Shown: positions 27,240 to 38,164, numbered from the stretch's first letter. The stretch is DNA of 64,000 nt from an uncultured Candidatus Saccharibacteria bacterium (GCA_963547505.1 CAUUQV010000001.1:4310-68309), one strand, 5' to 3'. The notes: generated from the letters alone by a model not told the origin. Translations and numbers: made by a program.

Positions 27240-29505
27240 TCCTGTTTTTAGTTAAGTACTCTAAGTAATCAGCCTGACCTGCCACCTGATTACTTAGTTT
27301 CAGCATATCTATATGCTGACGATATCGTTTACTCAGCTTGAACCAAATCCGCTTTAGTAGATTCTTAGTTTGCTCTTTCAGTTTCAGTATTGGCAAGATC
27401 TTGAGTGTTCGCCAAACAGCTCGCTGAATCCCCGGGTCAGCCTGCTGAAAATCGTCATAATTTTGGTCGATAAACTCCCGCACTGACAGCTGAGTCTCTA
27501 GCTTACCTTTACGAGTCTGATTGTCGTGGGCATAGCTATAGTCCTGGATCAGGCGGAGCCAGAAGAAATCAGCATACTGACTATACATGCCCTGTTCCTT
27601 GAGGTAGCGAAATATCGACTCAGTGATCTTGAGATAGTCCGCACTCGACTTATGCTTGCGAAATGATGTCGACATGATACTGCTGGGACGACGAATGTAA
27701 TTATATAGCTTATCTTTACAAAAGAAGATAGTCTGACACCTCAACATATAACAGTTACAAAAGTAAGCATCCTCAAAGAGTAAACCATCAGGAAACTTGA
27801 CGTCATAACGGTCAATGATATCTTTACGAAAAATCTTATTCCACAGCGAAACATCCGTATTAACGATTAGCTGCCAGTTGATGAGCTGAGAATCATTGTA
27901 TTTCTGCTCTAGATAAGATTTAGTGTCACGCCTCAGCTTACGCTCCAGCTGATTTAATATGACATTTTGGCTACAGATAGCCAGGTCAACCTGGCGCCGC
28001 TCCATGATATTAAACATCTTGAGACACATATTGGGAGTGTAGGTGTCATCGCTATCGCACCACATAATATACTTACCACTAGCCCGTCGTAGTCCTTCGT
28101 TACGAGCTGTCGCTACTCCGGCATTTTTCTGATGATAAACCTTGATACGTTTATCCCGCTTAGCATATTTCTTTAATAGCGCCAGCGATCCGTCGGTTGA
28201 GCCATCATCAATGCAAATTATCTCGATATTCGCCAGAGTCTGATCAATTAAGCTATCAATAGTTTCCGTCAGATATTGCTCGGCATTATAGACAGGGATG
28301 ATGACAGAGATAAAAGGCTGACTAGTCACGGACAGCTCAGCGTATTTCGTCGGCTGATCAACCACCTCCCCTTGATAATGACTAATACTGTCATCGTTAA
28401 GCTTAATTGAGCCGGCTAGCTTATAGATAATTTCTTGTCGTTTGATATATGACCCACTTAGGTGTGATAGTGCTCGACCCATCCGACGACAGATCTTACC
28501 GATAGCTTGACGGATCGCCCGACGTCGTAAATATCGGCTAGGTGATTTCATAATCTTCTTTAGGTCTTCTTTATGTTGATCACTAAAATCAGTTAGATCG
28601 AAATAACCATCCGACTGATCCTGCTTGAATTCTTCTGCCATCCGCTCAGTAAAATCACGCAGATTCTGACCATCCAATCTACTCTGGTTCCAATGGTAGA
28701 TATCATACTTACGCCAAGTGTAAACTGACTTCAGCTGATCCATCCGATCATGATCAATTAGGTATTGTTTAATACTGTCAAACTCGTCACAGACGCAGAA
28801 AACTTTGGCCCGACTTTTAACCGACGAGGTCTCGTTATCAATCCGATAGTGTAAGTAAGCCTTGGTGGTATAGATAGCCCGATCAGCCATTGCCCAGACT
28901 TTAAAATTAAAACCGGTATCCTGGTAAGATGCCCCCGGTGTAGGCAAGAAGTCAATCTTGTTGTCTACCAGAAATTGTTTCAGGTATAGACCTGACCAGA
29001 TTGACGCCATGCGGTTAAAAATATAAGGTGTTTGACGAGGTGTGACTATCGTACCGATCTCGCTAGGATCCATCAGATTACATTTGGTATTACTGCCGCC
29101 ACTGCGACTAACATAGAAATAGAAGTCGCTTTTCACCGCCTGCGCCTGATTATCCTCAGCCAGTTTAGTGAGCTCGACAAACATAGTTGGTTCCGCCCAG
29201 TCATCCGACTCGACAATCCCAATATACTTACCCTTGGCTTTCCGTAGTCCCTGGTTCATACTGTCGCCATAACCGGAGTTAGCCTTATCCAGTAGCTTAA
29301 ACCTCTTGTCTCGCTTCATGTACGACTGAATGATCGCCGGGCAACTATCAGTCGATCCGTCGTTGATGCAGATGAACTCGGCATCTTTAATGGTCTGGGC
29401 TGCCAGACTGGCTAAACACTGGTCTAAGTACTTCTCTACGTTATATATCGGTATTAAAACCGACACCAACGGCTGCCCACCATCACGTAACGGCTTCTTC
29501 TTCAT
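27232..29505 (-). CDS. Tandem two-domain glycosyltransferase family 2
   Basis: Two GT2 N-termini (VSVLIPIYNVEKYL; ISVIIPVYNAEQYL), each with DGSTD and an acidic DxD-like motif. Confidence 0.9.
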   Translation of the reverse strand: MKKKPLRDGGQPLVSVLIPIYNVEKYLDQCLASLAAQTIKDAEFICINDGSTDSCPAIIQSYMKRDKRFKLLDKANSGYGDSMNQGLRKAKGKYIGIVESDDWAEPTMFVELTKLAEDNQAQAVKSDFYFYVSRSGGSNTKCNLMDPSEIGTIVTPRQTPYIFNRMASIWSGLYLKQFLVDNKIDFLPTPGASYQDTGFNFKVWAMADRAIYTTKAYLHYRIDNETSSVKSRAKVFCVCDEFDSIKQYLIDHDRMDQLKSVYTWRKYDIYHWNQSRLDGQNLRDFTERMAEEFKQDQSDGYFDLTDFSDQHKEDLKKIMKSPSRYLRRRAIRQAIGKICRRMGRALSHLSGSYIKRQEIIYKLAGSIKLNDDSISHYQGEVVDQPTKYAELSVTSQPFISVIIPVYNAEQYLTETIDSLIDQTLANIEIICIDDGSTDGSLALLKKYAKRDKRIKVYHQKNAGVATARNEGLRRASGKYIMWCDSDDTYTPNMCLKMFNIMERRQVDLAICSQNVILNQLERKLRRDTKSYLEQKYNDSQLINWQLIVNTDVSLWNKIFRKDIIDRYDVKFPDGLLFEDAYFCNCYMLRCQTIFFCKDKLYNYIRRPSSIMSTSFRKHKSSADYLKITESIFRYLKEQGMYSQYADFFWLRLIQDYSYAHDNQTRKGKLETQLSVREFIDQNYDDFQQADPGIQRAVWRTLKILPILKLKEQTKNLLKRIWFKLSKRYRQHIDMLKLSNQVAGQADYLEYLTKNRNV

Positions 29506-29522
29506 AGAGTCTATTATAGCAT

Positions 29523-31325
29523 CTAGCGATAAGACTCGTACGCTTGACCATGCTTCCAGGTGATAGAGCCACCCTCAAAGTCTTGTCTAACACCGCCGCC
29601 GACTATATATTCATCACTAGTCGGATAACCTAGCCTTCCCCACTCATAGCCGAGCTGCATCCACTTCGCTTTGATGCCGCCGAATAATATATGTACTCCG
29701 GCCTTGGGACTGTAGTAGATTGAGCCGTTAGCACCCTGCATCGCCTGGTAGCAACCGCCTCTAATTAGACCGCACACCTGATCCATTATTGGATAGCCCA
29801 GAATAGTCTTACTGCGACCAATCTCCCGATACTTCTGAGCAATCTGACCATAGTTGGCATAAGCAAAATATCCGTTATACCAGTAGATTGATCCCCGCTC
29901 GAAATCACGATAGCAGTTAAGTCCATCATAGCAGTGTTCCCCATCAGTCGGATAACCTAACGGACTATTCTCGAAGCCTAGCCGGAACCACTTGTCCCTA
30001 ATCGCTCCATAGATTACCATACCATTGTACTTTGGTGTCCAGTAGATTGACCCTCCTTGATAATGCTGATAGCAACCCTGCTCAACTAAGCCACAGCCCT
30101 CCTTAGACACCGGGTAGCCAAGCATGCCATTCTCAAACTTCATCTGCCTATATGTTTCTCTGATACCACCATAGTTCTCATGAGCACCGGTCTGTGGATG
30201 ATAGAGGATAGCCCCACCCTCAAAGTTCTGATAGCTACCGCCACCCTTAATTCCGTCAACTTGATTCCCTACAGGGTAGCCAAGTACGCCATACTCTAAC
30301 CCCAGCTCAAACCAACGTTGGTGAATCTTACCTTTTCTGACGGCGTGACCACCTAAAGCTTTAGTCCAATAGACAACACCTCTATCAAACACCTGGTAGC
30401 AACCCTGGTCTTTCAGCCCACATGACTCATTCATCGTCGGATTACCAAGCACCCTTGCTCCACCGGCTGAGTTATAGCCGTCAAGGATGCCACCATAGAC
30501 CTCATACCCTCTAGTGCTACCAAACCAATTAGTGAACATATTATAGAAATTACGGTTACCATAGGCACTACAAGCATCACCGTAGCCCCAATTAGCCCGG
30601 AGCGCTGCCTGATTAGGCACATAAGGAGTATAGCGATAAAGAGCAGAAGTAGCCCGGTTCGCTACGTAAACTCGCTTCGAACCACAACTACGATTCGGAT
30701 GATATAAGATATTACTCGTCTCGTAAGCCGGGTAGTTGCTCCAACCACCATCAAGTACCTCACGGAAGAAGGCTGCCGCCGAGCGAACTTGATTAATGAA
30801 ACCAACATGTTCCGGTCGACAACCCTTACCGTCGTCCGGACAATTAAAGCCTGTAGCGTGATTGTACTCAAGATTACTGGGGAAGGTATCACTGACTAGC
30901 CGCTGTTCTTTCTCCAGTACAACCAGCAGAACTTGAGGATTGATGTGATAATCCTGAGCTGCTTGCCAGATAATATGCGAAGTCGTCTGACCGCTAAACA
31001 TTTCATCTGCCATACAGACGAAGTGACCGTCCCTAATATTGTAGTGGTATCCCTTGACCGCCTTAGCCAAGTTACGATCATTACATGGATTCTTACTATG
31101 AAGGAAGTCCCAGATATTCCGTTCACTCATAGTAGTAGTATTACTCATGACGAAGTCGGTCATGATATTACTATCGTCATAACCGGCTAGGTAAGCTTTA
31201 GCCTGTTTACCGGAATGAAATAGCGTATATATCATCAGACTACAGCAAAGTATACTCATCAGTAACACCACGGCTATCGTCAGCCGTGACTTATGGGCGG
31301 TTATCTTTAGTCCATCATTTTTCAT
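29523..31325 (-). CDS. Exported protein: N-terminal putative lysozyme-like domain plus six LGFP repeats
   Basis: N-terminal TM; INPQVLLVVLEKEQ; six ~54-aa repeats containing LG[Y/N]P followed by [Q/R]xFxxGxIYW-like segments. Confidence 0.75.
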   Translation of the reverse strand: MKNDGLKITAHKSRLTIAVVLLMSILCCSLMIYTLFHSGKQAKAYLAGYDDSNIMTDFVMSNTTTMSERNIWDFLHSKNPCNDRNLAKAVKGYHYNIRDGHFVCMADEMFSGQTTSHIIWQAAQDYHINPQVLLVVLEKEQRLVSDTFPSNLEYNHATGFNCPDDGKGCRPEHVGFINQVRSAAAFFREVLDGGWSNYPAYETSNILYHPNRSCGSKRVYVANRATSALYRYTPYVPNQAALRANWGYGDACSAYGNRNFYNMFTNWFGSTRGYEVYGGILDGYNSAGGARVLGNPTMNESCGLKDQGCYQVFDRGVVYWTKALGGHAVRKGKIHQRWFELGLEYGVLGYPVGNQVDGIKGGGSYQNFEGGAILYHPQTGAHENYGGIRETYRQMKFENGMLGYPVSKEGCGLVEQGCYQHYQGGSIYWTPKYNGMVIYGAIRDKWFRLGFENSPLGYPTDGEHCYDGLNCYRDFERGSIYWYNGYFAYANYGQIAQKYREIGRSKTILGYPIMDQVCGLIRGGCYQAMQGANGSIYYSPKAGVHILFGGIKAKWMQLGYEWGRLGYPTSDEYIVGGGVRQDFEGGSITWKHGQAYESYR

Positions 31326-31912
31326 AGATCTACCTCGTCAGTAATAGTACCAGTCTTGCCACCACCGCTAGCTACCACTTTGACGACCCAATGACCCTTA
31401 ACTTGTCCCAGCTTGCCAACCGGGATATCCCAACCGTAGCAGCTAGAGGTCTGCGGGTTAGCGATTAGTTTAGCTCGGTCAGTATAAGTCTGTCCATTAG
31501 AGCGAGTTAGGGTTAGTTCACATTTTCCATTAGGATCGTCAATCCACTGATTAATAGTCACTCGAACTCTCATCGTCTCATTCACCGGAGTAGCGATACT
31601 GACCGAACCGGTCAAGGAGGGTTGACTCTGAGTGCTCCCACCCTCATAGCGAGCCGGTGCTTTCCCCGTGCCTTGATTAGTCGAATGTGGCTGATTAGTC
31701 TTGCCGTTCTCGGTAGTTACGGTCTTATCGGTATGATTATCGCTCGTCTTAATAGTCTTCTTGTGACTATCCTGTTTAGCTTCTTTGGCTTGGTCTCTTT
31801 TAGCTGTCCGGTTGTGGGTAACTGCCGCATAGGTGATACCACCTGCTATAAGCGCCAGCACTACTAATGTGATGATGATTATTTTTCTGTTGGAGTGTTT
31901 ACGTATCTTCAT
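31322..31912 (-). CDS. Membrane-anchored hypothetical protein (paralogue of 39877-40482)
   Basis: N-terminal TM, low-complexity linker, beta-rich C-terminal domain with two Cys. Confidence 0.7.
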   Translation of the reverse strand: MKIRKHSNRKIIIITLVVLALIAGGITYAAVTHNRTAKRDQAKEAKQDSHKKTIKTSDNHTDKTVTTENGKTNQPHSTNQGTGKAPARYEGGSTQSQPSLTGSVSIATPVNETMRVRVTINQWIDDPNGKCELTLTRSNGQTYTDRAKLIANPQTSSCYGWDIPVGKLGQVKGHWVVKVVASGGGKTGTITDEVDL

Positions 31913-31968
31913 AATTATTCCTCTTTTTACTTATGTTTATATTAGCACGTTTATTGTTCTGGCGTAAA

Positions 31969-33186
31969 CTAAGCCATCAGCTGATCAGCTAATTGCAAAG
32001 CACTGGCAAAAGATTTATCCATATCATAGTAAGCATATTCACCTAATCGACCGCCGAAGTAAATCTGCTTCGATTTATCGGCTTGCGCCAAATCCTGATA
32101 TTTAGCCAGTTTAGCCTTATCTTTAGTGGTGTTAATAGGGTAATATGGCTCATCACCTTGTTGCCAAGCCTTAGAGTATTCTCGGACTATCACTGTTTTA
32201 TTATAATCCGGTGCATAACCGGGCCATTTAACTACATCATCCGCCCGTTCGGGATGAAAGTGTTTGAATTCGTGGATCCTGGTGAACTTTGGTTCAAGGT
32301 CGTTATAATTCATAACCGGGCAGCCCTGAAAATCATGAACGTTCACCACTTCTTTATCCAGTTTCAAACTTCGCCACGATAGCTCGCCAAACTGATAGTC
32401 ATAAAATTGGTCAATCGGACCGGTGTAAATAGTCGTCACCCCGTCATCTCGTAATCGTTTAATATTGGCATCCTTAAAATAATCCGTCTTTAGTTTGACA
32501 GCAATAGAGCCTCTCGATTTGTTGCCGGACTCAACCATTCGCTGAAACCAAGCTTCATAGCCATCCTGTGGTAGCCCCTCGTGAGCGTCCTTAAAGTAGC
32601 GATTATTATAGGTGTATCGAACCGGTAAACGTTTGATGATTTCCGGCGAAAGCTCTTCGGCCGGTGTCTGCCATTGTTTAGCTGTGTAGTTTTTAATAAA
32701 AGCATTAAATAGCGGCTCACCGATCAGCGATATTCCCTGCTCAGCCAGGTTGGCCGGCTGACGATTCTCTTTAGCCGCCGGATTATTCTTGGCTTGTTCA
32801 GCTATTAACTCTCTAGCTTCGTCCGGTGTGTAGTTAGACCGGAAGAATTGGTTGATCGTCCCTAAACTAACCGGCATAGGAAAGACCTCCGGACGCTCCG
32901 CACCTTTTCTTTGATGCATAGCATAGACGTGATGTACATAGCTAGTAAACTTGGTAAACTGATTAACATATCGCCAAACCGTTTCATCGGAAGTATGAAA
33001 CAGGTGCGCCCCATACTTGTGACATTCAATCTCCGTCTTGGTATCGAATTCGGAGTAAGCATTACCACCGATGTGATCACGCTTATCGACGACTAAGACT
33101 CGTTTACCTTGCTGAGTAGCCAGCCGTTCAGCTACTGTTAAGCCGAATATACCGGCTCCCACTACTAATACATTCGGCTGATCCAT
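31969..33186 (-). CDS. glf: UDP-galactopyranose mutase
   Basis: GAGIFG, HIGGNAYS, HKYGAHLFHTS, YTAKQW, EPYYP, GGRLGEYAYYDMD. Confidence 0.96.
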   Translation of the reverse strand: MDQPNVLVVGAGIFGLTVAERLATQQGKRVLVVDKRDHIGGNAYSEFDTKTEIECHKYGAHLFHTSDETVWRYVNQFTKFTSYVHHVYAMHQRKGAERPEVFPMPVSLGTINQFFRSNYTPDEARELIAEQAKNNPAAKENRQPANLAEQGISLIGEPLFNAFIKNYTAKQWQTPAEELSPEIIKRLPVRYTYNNRYFKDAHEGLPQDGYEAWFQRMVESGNKSRGSIAVKLKTDYFKDANIKRLRDDGVTTIYTGPIDQFYDYQFGELSWRSLKLDKEVVNVHDFQGCPVMNYNDLEPKFTRIHEFKHFHPERADDVVKWPGYAPDYNKTVIVREYSKAWQQGDEPYYPINTTKDKAKLAKYQDLAQADKSKQIYFGGRLGEYAYYDMDKSFASALQLADQLMA

Positions 33187-33188
33187 CT

Positions 33189-34718
33189 CTACCTCCCCAT
33201 CGTTACCACATCACAAGTCTGAGCCCCGTAATAATACGGTGTATCCTTCTGACTAACCGTACAATAATGTTCGTCCTGCGGTAGGCTAACCAGCATAACA
33301 TCATTTGATAGATGATAATACTGTTTGAACGCTTCAGTTACCCATTTCGCCTGTATATTATTAAAGGCAATATCTTGCGCCTCACTATCCTGTAGTAAAA
33401 TCGGTAGTGGTGCAACCCGAATAGCACTGCCAGTACGATTAGCTTGTTGCTGTAGATTAATCTCTCTAGTGATATAGGCATCGTGGCGTAATACTACCGC
33501 CCGGATGATTGGCTTGTAGACTCGATACGAAGTAGCGACCGCTCCGATTAACGCCAAGATCATCGCTATATCTAAGAAATAGGTAATATTTACACTGCAT
33601 TTCCTCAGTAACACCGCTAAGATTACAGTTACTCCGATCAAAATGATCCCGGCCGGTACTATATATGCCCGAAGTGGTATATTGCCACCCAGCGAATAGC
33701 CTATGATTAGATAAAAGACATAACTAACAGCCAGTAGATAGAGGGCGATACTAGCTACCACACTGATGGTCTGTCGTAATCTCAGTCTAGGTAAAACTGT
33801 AGCTAGTGTCACTCCACTACCTATCACCAAGAGAACACGCTCCCAAGTCACTAAATAGCCCAGCTTAGCTATCTGAAAGAGAGGCTCAATAAAGACTTTA
33901 TACCAATCAAAAAGAGAATGCGCCATCCGACGTCGTTTAATTGACCCTGGTGAGAAATAAATAATCAGCAGACAACCTGCTGCAATGACTATACCAACTA
34001 CCAGCACTCTAATATTATGCTTAGTCGTTTTCTTCAGCTTAAAGAGCTTAAATCGTTTGATTATTCCATATACTATTAGCGAGAAACCAAAGCTACCGAC
34101 CAGATAGATAGTAGTTATCTCGCAGCAGAATGCAGTGAACATCAAGCTGGCTATATAAATCAGCCAATTACACCAAGTAATCACCGGCTTGGTAAATAAT
34201 TGAATGGTAAGGGTAGCAACTACTATGGCGCAGATGATACTAGTGATATAGATCGTACTGGAAGTCAGCCAGAGATAGCTATCATAGATAGAGTAGGCCG
34301 ATAACATAATCAAGCTTGTCATTAGCAGTCCTAGCGCCAAGGCTTGACTACACGGTAAGTCACGAGCTTTAACTTGCTTAAAGAATACCTTAATGAACCA
34401 AACTGAAACAATTACTAAGCTAACTAGCAGAAACATTGCCATAATGGCCGGTGTTTTACTACCCCAGAAATGATAAAAGATAGAGACCAAAAAATTAGGG
34501 CTTAGCCTACCCGTCCAATGAAGATAAGAGTCTGCCATGGTAACAAAAGGATTACCGGGGTGCTTTTGCGAGAAAAAGACATAGTCGTCGGCAATTGGTT
34601 GGTTAAATAACGCCATTACTAAGAATGGCACCAAGATAACCAAACAAATTGTAATGATGATGAGATAACGACGACTCTCGAGAGTCTTAGCGAGTTTATC
34701 TTTCCAGCTACCAGCCAT
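33189..34718 (-). CDS. Multi-pass membrane protein, GT-C-like (DUF6056-like)
   Basis: P(I)ADDY, YLHWTGR, SPGSIKR; probable start ATG 34718 overlapping the upstream gene end. Confidence 0.6.
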   Translation of the reverse strand: MAGSWKDKLAKTLESRRYLIIITICLVILVPFLVMALFNQPIADDYVFFSQKHPGNPFVTMADSYLHWTGRLSPNFLVSIFYHFWGSKTPAIMAMFLLVSLVIVSVWFIKVFFKQVKARDLPCSQALALGLLMTSLIMLSAYSIYDSYLWLTSSTIYITSIICAIVVATLTIQLFTKPVITWCNWLIYIASLMFTAFCCEITTIYLVGSFGFSLIVYGIIKRFKLFKLKKTTKHNIRVLVVGIVIAAGCLLIIYFSPGSIKRRRMAHSLFDWYKVFIEPLFQIAKLGYLVTWERVLLVIGSGVTLATVLPRLRLRQTISVVASIALYLLAVSYVFYLIIGYSLGGNIPLRAYIVPAGIILIGVTVILAVLLRKCSVNITYFLDIAMILALIGAVATSYRVYKPIIRAVVLRHDAYITREINLQQQANRTGSAIRVAPLPILLQDSEAQDIAFNNIQAKWVTEAFKQYYHLSNDVMLVSLPQDEHYCTVSQKDTPYYYGAQTCDVVTMGR

Positions 34719-37020
34719 AGACCTCTCCGATATGCTTTTGATAAATCGCTCGATCGTGTTCGTGTAATATTTTCTGGTTAAATTTCTTGCGTTCATCAGG
34801 CGAAAGCAGCTGATCAGACCGGTCATAGAACTTTAGAATAGCCTCTAAGTAAGCCTCAGCATTACCATTGTCATCAACCAAGAAGCCATTCTTACCGTCC
34901 TCAATTACCTCAGGCAGAGAACCGCATTTCCCTACGATCACGAATAGATTAGACTCAAGCGCTTCCAACACTATATTGGGCAACCCTTCAAACTGAGTCG
35001 GTAAAATTAGCATATCTACTTGATCAATCGGTAGCTCATTAAATCCATTAAATGGACCCCGGTAACAGGCATTGTCAATCTGCTCAACCCATCTTATATC
35101 TCGACCATCATATAGTCTGTCAGCTTTATCAACTGAACCATAAATATCCAGCTGAATACCGTGTTTAGCCAGTTCACGATGCGAAGCAAGGACGAGATCT
35201 AGTCGCTTCTGAGCACTGAATCGTCCGGCATACATGATATGATGCTTGATGACATAATCTTGTTTCAGATTTACCGGATTGGTTGGCAAAGCGATCGGGG
35301 TAATTTTCCGACCGTCCCAACCATGTATTTTCATCAACTGCTTCTTATATCCATCACCGTCCGTTACTAAGCAGTCGATATAACGATACACTTTACTTAG
35401 GATGGTAGTTTCAAATATCAGACCGCAGTCATTAACCCCGTAGCACCAATCATGGACAATGATCTTCACATGTCGCTTGATCTCATCATGCCACTCGTTG
35501 ATTAGATTGTAGCCAACACCCGAGTTCATCACGGTTAAGTACTCCAGCTTTGGCCAATTCTGGATAACCCTGAGTAGCATAATCTCCAAGTCTTTATCGT
35601 TAATCTGACTGACCGGAAAATAATCATCTCGCTCCAGAAAAGTTACTCCCGGAAGTTTATTCAACTTATCTCGCCAAGAATTATCATCGCCGGCATTAGT
35701 CCCGATCACCAATACTCGCCGACCATGCTCAGATAAGGCTCGGCAGAGCTCAACCATCGCTTTATCTGCTCCACCTTTAGTCAGATGAGGAATTAGAAGC
35801 AAGTCGGTAGTCCGATCAATATCCGGTAAGCTACATAGGCGATAGTAGATATCATTCAACCCGCTCGACTGAATTGCTGTATAAATTGGTAATAGATTAA
35901 TGAAACCAACTGTATCATAAGTCGCCAGCGGTTCAACATTGTTTAACTGCCTAATATCATCAAACATTTCCTGATTAAAACCGGCCTCGCTGAGGCGCTT
36001 CAGGTTAAGCTCTTTGAGTTCCCTGGTATTTAGCCTCTTTTGATTTTTCCTTGATCGACCAATATGCTTAACCGACCGAATGGTCTCGATAAGCAGTCGC
36101 TTACCGTATAGTAAAACATTTTTAATTGATGAGTGGTGGATCTTAATGTATTGATCTGCGTTATCTTCCGATTGTCTATTAGTGATCACCGGAGCGTCCA
36201 ACTGAGCTGACAACTCTTGCATTTCCTCGAAATTACGATGGTTAAGACTGCTAAAAACCTGCGGGGAAAAGAATCGACTAGGCGCCAGACACAACCGACA
36301 ATTTGAATTAGAACTAGTTAAAAGTGAACCGGTTAGTTTACGACGATAAAGTATCATCGTACTGGGAGCCACTGAAATATCGTAACCGCTAGCGATCATT
36401 TCAATTAGAATATGGTAATCTTCATAACGATATCGCCCATCTCCGGGAGTATATTTTATCTTCTCAAAGATACTACTACTAACAAAGATCTGCGACTGAT
36501 ATAAGTTATTGGCATACATATTGGTGGCTAATTGATGCGGATCATTAGAGGCAAGTAGCTTTCTGATACTACCCGTCCTACACAACCCACTCCATTCGTC
36601 CATATCCAATACAAACTCCGGTTCAATCACCACCGGTTTGCCAGCTTTAATTGCCAGTTGATACATTCTAAGTAGATATTTAATTGAGAACAAATCATCG
36701 CCATCATAAATCTGAATATATTTCACTTTACTAGCCAGAGCTTTATCTATCAGATAGTTACGACTTAGCGACAAGTCACCAAAGTCGACTGTATAATATC
36801 GCACCTCATCAACAACTTCCTCCAAAAAGTGCCTCGACTTAGTGAAATAGCACTTAGTATAGTCGTCAGGACGATCCAGGGATATATTGGCCTGCACCTT
36901 TAGCTTCGGATATTCTTCCTTCAGAGCCTTAACATTTAGGGCGATTGACTGAAAAGTCTTATAGAGTAGGTCCCCTTCATTATGAAGAGTGATATTGAGC
37001 GCTATATCCATCTTGGTCAT
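34708..37020 (-). CDS. Fused GT2-like + GT4 glycosyltransferase
   Basis: TLHNEG, DFGDLSLSRN, YDGDDL; C-terminal GGADK, GRFSAQK, EGLPNIVLEA; probable start ATG 37020. Confidence 0.85.
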   Translation of the reverse strand: MTKMDIALNITLHNEGDLLYKTFQSIALNVKALKEEYPKLKVQANISLDRPDDYTKCYFTKSRHFLEEVVDEVRYYTVDFGDLSLSRNYLIDKALASKVKYIQIYDGDDLFSIKYLLRMYQLAIKAGKPVVIEPEFVLDMDEWSGLCRTGSIRKLLASNDPHQLATNMYANNLYQSQIFVSSSIFEKIKYTPGDGRYRYEDYHILIEMIASGYDISVAPSTMILYRRKLTGSLLTSSNSNCRLCLAPSRFFSPQVFSSLNHRNFEEMQELSAQLDAPVITNRQSEDNADQYIKIHHSSIKNVLLYGKRLLIETIRSVKHIGRSRKNQKRLNTRELKELNLKRLSEAGFNQEMFDDIRQLNNVEPLATYDTVGFINLLPIYTAIQSSGLNDIYYRLCSLPDIDRTTDLLLIPHLTKGGADKAMVELCRALSEHGRRVLVIGTNAGDDNSWRDKLNKLPGVTFLERDDYFPVSQINDKDLEIMLLRVIQNWPKLEYLTVMNSGVGYNLINEWHDEIKRHVKIIVHDWCYGVNDCGLIFETTILSKVYRYIDCLVTDGDGYKKQLMKIHGWDGRKITPIALPTNPVNLKQDYVIKHHIMYAGRFSAQKRLDLVLASHRELAKHGIQLDIYGSVDKADRLYDGRDIRWVEQIDNACYRGPFNGFNELPIDQVDMLILPTQFEGLPNIVLEALESNLFVIVGKCGSLPEVIEDGKNGFLVDDNGNAEAYLEAILKFYDRSDQLLSPDERKKFNQKILHEHDRAIYQKHIGEVYGW

Positions 37021-37057
37021 TACTATCATATTATCATGTGTGTTAGGATAATACATA

Positions 37058-38164
37058 ATGAAATCACGTCTACTGTGGTGTGACATCCTCCGAGTCATTG
37101 CAACTATTATGGTAATCAGTATCCACACCATATCTGTTTATCAATATACTTACATTAAACCATTACAGCTTCTACCGTACTCCATCTTTGGCGTATTAAA
37201 TTCGCTCAATCGAATGGCAGTCCCTGCCTTTTTTATGCTTACCGGTGCACTAACGCTTAAGCAGACTAAAAAGCCAATCACCCGAGGATCTTATACCTAT
37301 TTTATAAAAAATATTATTTACCGGCTCGTTATACCATTTATCATATTCTCTTTAGTTAGTTATTTATTCTTTACAAAACCACCTTGGTCAATCACAAAGT
37401 TTATCGTTTCATTTTCTAATTATCCTGGTACATACGGACATATGTGGTTTATGTATGTCATTGTAATGATATATTTCTTTATCCCGTTTTTACAAAAAAT
37501 AATACAATCGCTAAACAGAAAGGAGATTAAACTGTTGATTTGTCTAATATTTATATTTGGTAATGTATTATCTGAGTTATTTATATTAGCTAGATACTAC
37601 CATAAAACATTATTCAGTGGGGTTGCTTTACCTTATATCATTGCCTATGCTAACTTATTATTATTAGGGTTTTATTTTACTAAATACAGCATATCTCTTG
37701 CTAAGAAAAAACTCATTTATATGTTAGGCGTAATTAGTCTTGTGTCCTTACCTATGCTTCAAGCGTTAACGAACGATATAACCGAAGATCTTGTGACTGG
37801 ACGTTCAATACTACCAGTGTTTATTAGTTCGGCAGGATTTATATTCATAAAATACCATTTCAGTAAGGTTAAGTTATCCTCCTGTGCCACTAAGGTTATT
37901 ACTAAGTTATCAGAGATATCTTTTTACACTTATCTCGTCCATATGGTTATTATTAATATTTTCTACACCTACCTGCTAAATCATAATTATCTTAATACAT
38001 GGACAGACCAGCTAATATGGGCGCCAATTCAAATCATCGTAGTTTTTATTGTTTCCAGTATTATTGCTTACCTCTTTGACAAGTTATACCGTTATCTAAC
38101 CAAGAAATCATCAGCGCTGATTACGAGACACCAACCAGCCAAGCAACTAGGTAATTCGAGCTAA
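37058..38164 (+). CDS. Acyltransferase family 3 (glycan O-acetyltransferase-like)
   Basis: DILRVIATIMVISIH, AVPAFFMLTG, HMWFMY, SFYTYLVH; ~10 TM; very AT-rich. Confidence 0.88.
   Translation: MKSRLLWCDILRVIATIMVISIHTISVYQYTYIKPLQLLPYSIFGVLNSLNRMAVPAFFMLTGALTLKQTKKPITRGSYTYFIKNIIYRLVIPFIIFSLVSYLFFTKPPWSITKFIVSFSNYPGTYGHMWFMYVIVMIYFFIPFLQKIIQSLNRKEIKLLICLIFIFGNVLSELFILARYYHKTLFSGVALPYIIAYANLLLLGFYFTKYSISLAKKKLIYMLGVISLVSLPMLQALTNDITEDLVTGRSILPVFISSAGFIFIKYHFSKVKLSSCATKVITKLSEISFYTYLVHMVIINIFYTYLLNHNYLNTWTDQLIWAPIQIIVVFIVSSIIAYLFDKLYRYLTKKSSALITRHQPAKQLGNSS

Noticed and set aside
34719..34826. Long N-terminal extensions in the ORF track (also 37021-37131, 40388-40546, 2316-2357)
   Set aside because: They overlap neighbouring genes or promoters; downstream starts fit better
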